The notes under the pieces: generated by a model
Databases searched by the model: none
Seen by the model: only the letters and a program-made list of their open reading frames with translations
Told to the model about the DNA's origin: nothing
Translations under genes and position numbers: made by a program
Shown here: piece after piece, positions 54,433 through 64,000 of the stretch
Layout of the letters: each line of letters starts with the position of its first letter
How positions within the stretch are numbered: the first letter of the stretch is position 1
Assembly: GCA_964016885.1 (NCBI GenBank)
Contig: OZ024742.1
Span: 303,924,001-303,988,000, forward strand
Length of the DNA: 64,000 bases
Source: Eledone cirrhosa
Lineage: Eukaryota
Direction of reading: 5' to 3'

Positions 54433-57400
54433 ATGGCCATAAGAGTAGGAAGTTTAAATGTTCGTGGCCTGGGGTCGCCCTGGAAGCAAGGTCACTTGCT
54501 CAACGACCTCAGGTCACTAAGAATGGATGTAATTGCCATCAGCGAGAACAGAATTTCCGACACACGCGCACTGGCGCCGATTTTCGACGATTATCAGATC
54601 TTTGCATCTGTTAGTCGGCCGGGAATGGGAGGTGGAGTGGCTGTGCTGTTTAGGAAATGTCTGGATCTCGAGGTAAGGTCAATCTTCCGGGATCCTGACG
54701 GAAAGTTGGTGGTCCTGGACGTGAGCAATAGCGAAGGTGGTGCCTTTAGACTGGTGGCCGTCTACGCCCCTACTGGGGCCGGTCGGCCGGACTTCTTTAG
54801 GCGCCTGGAAAACTTTCTGCTTACGTCTCGCCCTTTACTGTTAATAGGGGATTGGAATGGCATCTTAGAAGCACGCTGGGATTGTGTGGGAGTATCTGAT
54901 AGGAGCGGGGGGGGGGGTGCAAAAGCCTCAAGTACCTGATCAGCCAGTTTCAACTGTCTGACAGGTACCGACTAGATTTCCCTAATGCGCCAGTATGGAC
55001 CTGGACCAATCGCATTGGGTCATCTAGATCGTACATACATAGGATTTTCATTAGGAAAAGAGATAGAAATAGTGTAGGATGTCCACATTTTAAAACGGTT
55101 GCCTATTCAGATCACAAGCTTGTGATCTGTATGGTCGACCTAGATAAGACACGTAGGTTAGGACCTAGCTACTGGAAGCTAAACATGTCGTTTCCGGCAC
55201 GTAAAGATTACAGGGACCGGGTCAACAACTTAGTTAAGCAAAAGTTGACAGGGGGGGTTGTCAACAACAGGTGGTGGGGGGCTCTCAAAAGAGAGATTAG
55301 AGCAACCTCGATAGGATTTAGCAAAGAAGTAGCAATAGAGAAAAATAGAAAGGAGGAGGGGCTGATAGCTAAGTTAGACGAGGCTATTTGTAGTGGCATT
55401 GCAACAGACGTGCTAGCGGCGAGAATGGCACTAGACCATTTCTTCAATGCGAAACACGAAGGTTGCATTGTCAGAGCTAAGGCGCGTGCTCTGAGGAACG
55501 AGGGGACCAAAGCTGCCCGATGGGCTCGCTTTGCAGAGACGCAGCGTGGAAATAAAACCACAATTCGGTCTTTGACGGATCGAGATGGTCACGAACTGAG
55601 CGATTCCAAGCAGATGTGTGAGGCCTTTCGCCAGCACTTTGCTCGATTGTTCGGGAGGATGGGTGAGTCGGAGACGGCGACGGACTTCAGTCCCTACCTC
55701 GACGGCTTGCCACGCCTCTCGACGGCCGGCGCTGAGCGCTGCGAAGAGCCGATAACATCAGTCGAAATTCAGGACGCCCTTGTCGGCTGCTCGAGTCGCA
55801 AGTCACCCGGTTTGGATGGTCTTCCCTACGAGCTTTACGTAAATATGCCAGACTTGTTCTCCGATCTCCTCGAAGCGCTCTACTGCAACTGGCAGCAGAA
55901 CGGGAGCATTCCCAGTTCTGTGAGCCGTGGCGTAGTGACGCTGATAAGGAAAGACGAGAACAAGAGGGACACACTAGATAATTTCAGGCCTATAACCCTG
56001 CTCAACACAGAGTTTAAAATTTTGGCCAAGGTGTTAGCGAAAAGGTTGGCGCTTGTCGTCAAAGATTTGGTTGGGGAGGCGCAAACTTGCGCAATCCCGA
56101 CCAGGTCCATACACGACAACCTCCACCTCATGCGATACATCATAGAGAGGGTTGGGTGCAAACCTGGCTTCGGTGGGGCTCTGATCAATTTAGATCAATC
56201 GAAAGCATTCGATAGGGTCGACCATCGGTACTTGGAGGCAGTCCTCGAGGCGGCTGGCTTCGGCCCCGTCTTCAGAAGCTGGATCGCTGCAATGTACAGC
56301 GGCATCTGCTCGGTGGTCAAAGTTAATGGCCACCTCTCGGAACCGTTTCAGATCTCTCGATCGGTCCGTCAAGGGTGCCCTCTCTCCTCACTTCTGTACG
56401 TATTGACTCTTGAGCCTCTACTGCGGAAGCTGGAGTTGTTGCAGGGCATCCCGCTCGAACCGGGACGTAGAAAGGCTGCGTCCGCTTATGCGGACGACAT
56501 CACCGTGATGGTGTCGGACACCTCGGAAATCGAGGTGATCCGCACCCATTTGGAGGAATATGAAAGGTTGACGGGAGCAAAACTTAACCCGGAAAAGTCG
56601 GTGGGCTTGCAGCTCGGCACCTGGAGAGGCAAGTCCATGCCGTCCAACAGCGTCGTTGGGCGCTGGACAGACGGACCGGTAAAGTTGCTCGGGGTTTGGT
56701 TCGGACCAGACCTCCAGGTGGATAAGAATTGGGACGAGGTGACGAGCAGGATAGCCAACCTCACCCAGAAATGGGCTGAGAGAAAGCTATCACTGAAAGG
56801 GCGGGCGGAGGTGGCGAACACGTACATCGCGTCCGTCATCTACTACCGCCTGACCGTCGTGCCTTGCCCCCGTCCACGCCTCGCCAATTTGGAACGGCTC
56901 CTTTTCAAATTTTTGTGGAGGGGACGGGTCCCGTTGGTGAGGCGGTCCATCTGCTGCCAGCACCCTCTTCGTGGAGGGCTGGGCATGCCGTGGCTAATGA
57001 TGCGCAGACATGCGCTGAGGCTGCGACATCTCCAGCTATTTTGCCTAAACGGTGAACAGGTGTGGTCGCCGTTTGTTAGACGGGCCTTTCCGCAGATCAT
57101 CTCTTTGACTGAGCTGCAGTCCTGGGTCAAGAAGAGACCGAGACTGGGCGACTGGCATCTGGAATGTTGCCAGGCGCTCACTGCACTCTGCAAGGTGGGC
57201 AATGCGGTCAGTGGAACTTCCACTCAAGATTTCTATAGAGGATTAGTGGAGGGCAAGTACGATGACGTACTAGGCGTCAACGAAGTAGAACTGACCAGTA
57301 TGTTCCGGAGGACTTTCGAGCCGGGGACGATGGATAACTTCCAGAAATCCCTCGCTTGGCAGTGCTACCGGGGGGCGCTGCCGGTTCGGGATAAACTCTA

Positions 57401-57845
57401 CAGGCACGGAAGTGCTGTCAGACGAACCTGCCCGAGATGCGCGCAGAGCGACGAAACCGTTCTGCACGCACTCGTCCAGTGTCCGTGCATTGCTGACTTG
57501 TGGGGTTATGTCGAACAGCTATTGTCGCGTGTAGAACGGATCCGGCTATCGTCCGAGTCCATAGCGAAGATTGACCCGCCGCCTTCTTTTGGTCAGGAAG
57601 GGCAGGCAATTTTCCTCTGCCTGGTGGCAGTAGCGAAAGAGGTTGCATGGTGGACCAGGTTGAAAGGACTGAAGACAGACACTTTTCTCTTCGGCCAATC
57701 CCTCATCAACTTCTTCAAGTTTCACTTGGAAAGGAAGGTGAGGGTGGAGAGAGAAGTGCTGCCCCCCAGTACATTTACTGAAAGGTGGGTGAATGTGGCG
57801 AGAATGGCCCGCGTGAGTGGGCCTACTCTGATCATGCGCCTGTAG
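54433..57845 (+). CDS. LINE ORF2 of element G (APE and RT); single frameshift at the G-run ~54908-54918
   Basis: Track ORFs 54433-54939 (GSLNVRG..GDWN) and 55122-57845 (AYADD, CPRC..H..C) join across the homopolymer. Confidence 0.88.
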
Positions 57846-58095
57846 GCTGGTGAATTCGAGAAGGAGAGGGGTGCCCTTCCCGGGTGCCCTAGGAGCGTCC
57901 GGTGGCTCAGGACTGGTGGGGTGCTTGAGTCAACCCTGGGTGGTGATCCCTCTTATTGGGGAACTTTCATTGTTGTATTTTTATTGTTATTTTGTTTTTT
58001 GTTATTTATACTTACTCGATCTCTATGTAAACCCCCACTGTCCCTGTCTATTGTGTTGTCCCCTATATGTCGGCCCTTGTGGCCAATAAATGAAA

Positions 58096-58151
<56 letters not shown>

Positions 58152-58152
<1 letters not shown>

Positions 58153-58625
58153 CTTGAATCTCAGTCATTGATGTTAGTTAACTGGAAAGTCCGTTGGAAT
58201 GAATATCAAGCCACTACCTGCAGCCTCAGATATTCAGGACGTATCGGAGGGTTCTTGCTGTTCCCAGCAAGCATGCCTTTTGAAGCGTTCCAAAAAGCGT
58301 GAAGGGGCCGATTTTCTTTAACCATCCCTGGAAACTTTGGGAGATAGTCCCCAGTGCGCCTATGACAATCGGGATCACTTTGACTTCATGGCAGTTCCAA
58401 ATCCTTTTTACCTCCCACTTTAGGTCCTGGTATCGGTTAATTTTCTCCCTCTCCTTCTCTTGCACTCTCGTGTCGAATGTGCAGGCCACATCCACAATCA
58501 GACACAATCTTTTTTCTTTGTCCACAACCACCAGGTCTGGTCTATTGTGTTCCAGTTTCTTGTCCGTCTGTATCCTAAAATCCCACAGCACCTTCACCTG
58601 ATCGTTCTCCATCACCGCCTCTGGC
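58152..58625 (-). mobile_element. R4/Dong-clade family D1, 5'-truncated element H
   Basis: Near-identical to 38848-39321; RLE domain ORF 58226-58615; (ATT)n on both sides. Confidence 0.92.
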
Positions 58626-58695
<70 letters not shown>

Positions 58696-58879
58696 TAACT
58701 GCGGCCTTGTTAGCAGTTCCCCGTAACGTACCAAAAAGGGATTTCCATTTATATCTACTCTGCGATCAAATCAACCAAACAGACAAACTTCAGCCAACCA
58801 ATGAAATAATCAGGCCACAAACCAGCCAACCAACCAACAACCAGCTAGCAAAACCTACATAGCAACGAATCTTTTATTT

Positions 58880-59165
58880 TATCAACCAGTTACACTCTAC
58901 CACCACCACCAACAACAACAACAACCAACCAACACCACCACCACCATCGCCGCCGCTGACAGAACCACTACCACCACAATAACAACAACAACAAGAACCA
59001 CCACAACAACAACAACAAGAACACCACCACCACCACAACAACAACAACAAGAACACCACCACCACTACCACAACAACAACAACAACACCAGCATCACCAC
59101 AACAACAACAACACCAGCACCACCACCACCACAGCAACAACAAAAAGAGCAGTACCACCACCAAT
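58880..59165. repeat. (CAA/CAC)n low-complexity tract
   Basis: Directly visible. Confidence 0.9.
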
Positions 59166-59973
59166 ACACTCTCTTCGTCACCAATTTATTATTGTTATTC
59201 TCAGCAAGCTAATCCAACACATTGACTAGTTAGCTAGGAGCTCTTTCAGGTCCCCGTTCATCAAACGAATCCTTCAAGTCGCTTTTACGTGTGAAACGTT
59301 ATAAAGGGAAGACGCACAGAAGCTGTCGTTTCTTGTGACTTGTAAAAGAAATAGATAAAAAGGAAGAAAAAAAGAGAGAGAGAATTCACACTTTCTGCAC
59401 AGGCAAAAGTATCGATTTCTGTTGGAAATGCGCTAGAATTACTTTCGGTAATGGTGACACTAACAGAAGTAACCAGGGGCATTTCTTTCTCTTGTTCTAA
59501 CACATGAAAAGTAGAACTACACATTAACTAATATCAAGATATCTGCACATTCGTTTCTTCACATCTTGTCTCTCCTAGTTTGACCTGCATGGTGAACAAC
59601 GAAATGTCGAACTTCGAAGTGCTGCAACGGAAAGTTAATACGATCACTCATAAATATATGCAAATCATGCAAGTACAGAGGCACGCACGCACAGGCATAC
59701 ACGCAGTCATACTTAATAGTCACTTAATACGTGCAGACTGGATGCTTTTCGACATGAGAGAGTGTATACATCGATACCTATATAAATACATACATACATA
59801 TACACATAGACGCACATATATATGCATATATATATATACATACATACATGTTATATATATATATATGTGCATACATACATTCCAGCAGTTTCTTGCTCAT
59901 CCTCTCTCGCATGTTTAAATACATATAGAGAAATAACTATACATGCATACAGAATCATATATATATAAATATG

Positions 59974-60016
<43 letters not shown>

Positions 60017-60666
60017 GTATATTTTGCAATACACTGTATGCTAAATTGATAGCATTTTGAAGACCTTACGCTATTGTTTTAAAGTAGCGACTATGTCACT
60101 TACTTCTTTTTTCAGCAAACAAAGGGAGATAAGCTTATAGATCTCTGTTTCATACTGTTGGTATTCCTCAGAGCTTAGCACTCCCTTTGTTTGTTGAAAA
60201 TTATTAATGCTGGATTCTTAAAGAGTTCCAGTAATAATCAGGAACTGATTATACAGAGCAGTTGCCGGTTCAGCACAAATTGAAAATTAGAATTCGTGCT
60301 CTGAAATACCGATATATATATATGAATGTATATACAGTGTATTTTGCAATACACTGTATGCTTAATAAAAAGCATTTTGAAGACCTTACATTATTGTTTT
60401 AAAGTAGTGACTATGTCACTTACTTCTTTTTTCAACAAAAAAAGGGAGATAAGTTGACAGATCTGTTTCCTCAGAATTGTTTGTTAAAAAAAGATGTGAC
60501 ATAGTCACTACTTTAAAACAGTACCGTAAAGTCTTTAAAATGATTTTAATTAAGCATACAGTGTATTGCAAAATATACAATATATACATTCATATATATA
60601 TCGCTATTTCAGAGCACCAATTCTAACATATACATATATATATTTCTTTATTTAAATATATTTCTT

Positions 60667-60697
<31 letters not shown>

Positions 60698-60725
60698 GTT
60701 AGAATTGGTGCTCTGAAATAGCCAT
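60017..60725. mobile_element. Direct and inverted copies of a pLTR-like unit (Penelope- or retrozyme-like)
   Basis: 60017-60135 is repeated at 60338-60455; 60286-60440 is inverted at 60480-60626; 60604-60635 is inverted at 60690-60722; within (TA)n. Confidence 0.7.
60107..60200 (-). ncRNA. Minimal type I hammerhead ribozyme motif (degenerate copy)
   Basis: Minus strand: caaacaaagggag-tgc-taagct CTGAGGA atac-caaca-gtat GAAAC agagatct ATA agctta-t-ctccctttgtttg; stems I and II pair. The sister copy at 60445-60474 has GAAAC AGATCT GTC. Confidence 0.65.
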
Positions 60726-60836
60726 ATATAATATTTCTGCTCTGCTTATACGCATAGAGCTTAACTAGCTACCGTCACATATTTGGTAGGTCAGACGTGA
60801 TCATCGCGATTCACATACGACCTACCATACATCTTG

Positions 60837-60911
<75 letters not shown>

Positions 60912-60912
<1 letters not shown>

Positions 60913-61560
60913 AACGGAAAAAATGAAACGAAATTTCATTTCTCACTCTTAGTACGGCTGTTACTTAAATATAAGTATGTATACGTACATACATATATGT
61001 ATACAGATGTACAATAGTATGTATATATATATACATACATGCACACACATATATATAAGTACGTATGGATTCACCGAACATTTATTATAATGCTCGGTAT
61101 GTTTGTAAACAAACATCCCGAATTAAGCCGTACAGTGTCTAGCAACCATCGTTGCTCTTTTGTTCAACACTGAGAAATGAAATTTCGTTTCATTTTTTCC
61201 GTTTATCGTTTTCGGTGCGCCCAGCTGATTAACTCACTCGATATGCAAATTAGGCTGCTCAGCCGTTAATATGAATAAGGAAAGTATATACTTTCAGACG
61301 TTCAATAATCTGGCAGAAAGGTATACGTTGCTGACGATAGATAATAAGCTTGAAACTAGTACAGCGTTCCTTTGTCAGTGTTGAACAAAAGAGTAACGTT
61401 GGTTGCTAGACACTGTACGGCTTAATTCCGGTTGTTTGTTTACAAACAAACCGAGCATTATAATAAATGTTCTGTGAATCCATACGTACATATATATATA
61501 TGTGTGTGCATGTATTTATATATATATACATACTACTGTACGTCTGTATACATATATGTA
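60912..61560. mobile_element. Inverted-repeat element (Penelope pLTR-like)
   Basis: 61050-61173 is inverted at 61375-61490; 60912-60945 is inverted at 61171-61204; flanked by (TA)n. Confidence 0.7.
61310..61378 (+). ncRNA. Minimal type I hammerhead ribozyme candidate
   Basis: acgttg CTGACGA tagataataagctt GAAAC TA GTA cagcgt; stem I acgttg/cagcgt extended by ctggcagaaagg/cctttgtcag; palindromic ACTAGT stem III; stem II is weak. Confidence 0.55.
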
Positions 61561-61580
61561 TGTACGTATACATACTTATA

Positions 61581-61635
<55 letters not shown>

Positions 61636-61703
61636 AAACTCAGAAACTTGCGTTAGTCCCTGTAATTCGTGAGATCAAAGGAAAAAGAATAATAGGCTCT
61701 TCA

Positions 61704-62050
61704 AATATAATATAGAGATGAAAACACACTAGAGAGAGGGTGTGTTTATCCAGTTACAGGGAATACCACTAGCGTATGGAACCTGTAAACTAAGAAAGGT
61801 GAGGCAGATACATTATAATTAAAAATAAAAATTAGAATGCGGAAAACCCACCTTTACAACTATGTATATCACACACGTACAAACCCCGAGAGATTGTTTC
61901 GCTAGAAAATCAGTCTTTGGATTGAATTCACCCAGTTTCAATGTATCTGCCTTACCTTTCTTAGATTATAGATTCCATACGCTAGTGGTATTCCCTGTAA
62001 TTGGATAAACACACACTCTCTTTAGTGTGTTTTCATCTCTATATTATATT
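61704..62050. repeat. About 110-bp inverted repeat pair
   Basis: 61704-61814 is the reverse complement of 61940-62050 with few mismatches. Confidence 0.8.
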
Positions 62051-62080
62051 AGTGTGTTTTCATCTCTATATTTCATCTCT

Positions 62081-62700
62081 TGGTTGTCCATCGTAAAAGA
62101 TGATGACAGCTTCTTTATTGTTGTTACCGTCTGCCGTGGGCACGAAGATGGCTGTGGAGGCCGGGGAAGAGACTGGAGTCAGACTGGAAACTTCCAGATT
62201 ACCTCCACCTCTCGCCCATCGCCGCAGGGCTTTGGGAGTGCACGCTAAAGAAGAAACCTGTACGGGAAAGGTTTATAGTGGGAGGGCCAGTGCACAGTGA
62301 CGATCCCAGAATTTGGTGGTACGGAGGACCGTTACGACCAGGGACTTCCTTGGCTGCAGTGGATGGCCACGACGTCTGTAGTGCCTTGGTGTATCTCCAC
62401 ACCGCTTGCTGTCGCCGCCTTTGTGACCGTTGGGACTATGTTGTCCTCTTCCACTCACTCCACCGGGTCCAGTCTTCGCATGCAGGGGCAGGTATCCCCT
62501 ATCTAACTCACCGGGGGTTTCAGACTCGTCCAGCTACCCTCAACCTGGTTCGGCCCGCCAGCCAAGGCGGTTTACCAGGATGTGACCGCTGTCGCATGCT
62601 ATAGCTTCTTGGGGCCACAGGTGAGAGCTGAGTGTCAGGTGGAACACAATGCAGGACGATCTGTCCTGAAAAGGGCATGGCTGGCATTCCTGACACCCGA
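62081..62700 (-). mobile_element. Probable non-autonomous RTE-type element (GC-rich 5' UTR fused to the 3' end)
   Basis: Minus strand has a structured GC-rich leader, then PGLHSHLRAHGRR* (like the RTE ORF C-terminal GL.SH.R.H) and gtcatcatc..gatggacaacc. Confidence 0.5.
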
Positions 62701-63020
62701 GGCATATACACACATACATACACATACATATGTACATGTGTATATACATATTTACACATTTTCGGATGGCAGTTGACTCTTATGAGTTCTTCACCCTTTG
62801 TTAGGTTTTGTTTTTTGTCCTGCAGGGTGTCCAAAATGACCCTCCTCACGAAGCAAACTTGGTGGGGTTGCCAGTTTAGTCGCCGACGATCCGACCATGC
62901 GACAGGTTGTACTGGTTTACATGTTACCAGTAGCACTCAAGATTGACCTGACACATTATATATATATATATTATATATATATGCAAGTACATATATGTAT
63001 ATATATATATATATATATTT

Positions 63021-63284
63021 AAGGAACGCTGGTACAATCATTGCCACACCTTTAGGAGAGTTGATAAGAAACACATCACCGCCCTCTCAAAAATGGTTTG
63101 CCGTCTCAAACATGATAACGTAGAATACACCTTGTCGTGGTTCAAGGTAGCCTCAGCCCAACACTACATAGGGGGTGGACATGACTCGTGCGATTTGTGT
63201 GTCATCAAGATTATGGAAATAATCGAGAGGGGAGCTCGAGTTATCAATAAAAGGAGCAACCTCTTCAGCACCTGCCTCCACTGA
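63021..63284 (+). pseudogene. Penelope GIY-YIG endonuclease C-terminal fragment, second family
   Basis: KERWYNHCHTFR..TALSKMVCRLK..YTLSW..CDLC..EII..INKRSNLFSTCLH aligns with 27851-28170; begins at a (TA)n tract. Confidence 0.75.
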
Positions 63285-64000
63285 TCATCTGGAACCTTCC
63301 TCAAACTCTACGGACTAACAACATAGGTGTACTAGTTGAAGACTATTGTAAACTTGACCGTGGAAGCCGGGCGTAGCCACACAGCGACCCCAGCATCAGG
63401 GGAACCTTGGATATCTTGTTTGCACACCTTAAGTCTCTGAGTGTACATGTTTCATGTCCCTTGTTCCTTATTCTCTGTTTATATACCTACTGTTGTTTTT
63501 TTATGAATTTTTGTCCCGTTCTTTTATTATTATGTTCTCTATATGTGTTCTCGATTCCTATCTGCTTGTTCATGTCCCTACTTTCACTTCCCGTAACTCT
63601 CTTCCATAGTCTAACAGCCCTTTTATTAGTATTGTTGCCACTGTATTAAGACTGAATGCTCTTGTGGTTAACCGTTTTTTCTGTAATTATTGCTAGCCTT
63701 GTGCCTTAGAATGATAAAGAGGTCTGTATTAACTGTGCATGTATTTATTTATATATACAAATAGCCATCTGTATTTCAATCCCATGTTCGCTTACTTGTC
63801 TCAACGGACTACTGTTGTGGTTAGTTCATTTTTCATGGAAGCGTGGTCTTTTCCTGTTGCCGCCGTCACCGTTGTGGGATCATCACTGGTGTTGTTGTTA
63901 TTATTGTTGTTGGTATTACCAATGGGCTTAATACTAATATACATGATACCACCACTACTAAGAGAAACGGGGTGGGTGATGGACGGTGTTGGTGTTTGTT

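Larger units (their letters stand above)
52293..58097 (+). mobile_element. Full-length Tx1/L1-clade LINE, ATT-associated, element G (different subfamily)
   Basis: 5' UTR hairpin, divergent ORF1, ORF2; 3' end cccttgtggccaataaatgaaatc; (ATT)n on both sides. Confidence 0.95.

Noticed and set aside
59285-59640. Possible host exon on the minus strand (acceptor-like ttaactttccgttgcag near 59622; 79-aa ORF)
   Set aside because: No recognisable domain or convincing donor; it needs RNA-seq or homology evidence.

Overview
AT-rich, microsatellite-laden animal genomic DNA. SINE type, repeat spectrum and LINE content suggest a cephalopod/Octopus-like genome (inference). No host protein-coding gene could be supported. 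Most of the window is retrotransposons sitting inside specific microsatellites. (1) A 24.7-kb array (34025-58696) built in one (ATT)n tract: four Tx1/L1-clade APE-RT LINEs on the + strand (two full length; ORF2 48602-52018 intact) are interleaved with four R4/Dong-type RT-RLE elements of two families on the - strand, plus SINE pieces. All junctions but one carry an (ATT)n spacer. (2) A 7-kb array (15454-22562) of related Tx1-like elements, all on the - strand and embedded in (GATA)n. (3) Penelope-like GIY-YIG remnants, inverted repeats and minimal hammerhead-ribozyme motifs within (TA)n tracts. Also present: tRNA-derived SINEs, a deleted mariner and RTE-like remnants. Most interesting signals: opposite-strand sharing of one microsatellite by APE and RLE elements, an ATT-versus-TATC target difference within one Tx1 lineage (with a mosaic element), a conserved AAG|GTAAGT splice donor at the ORF1 end of three divergent LINEs, and a SINE 3' end resembling the Tx1 3' end. 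All alignments were done by eye.
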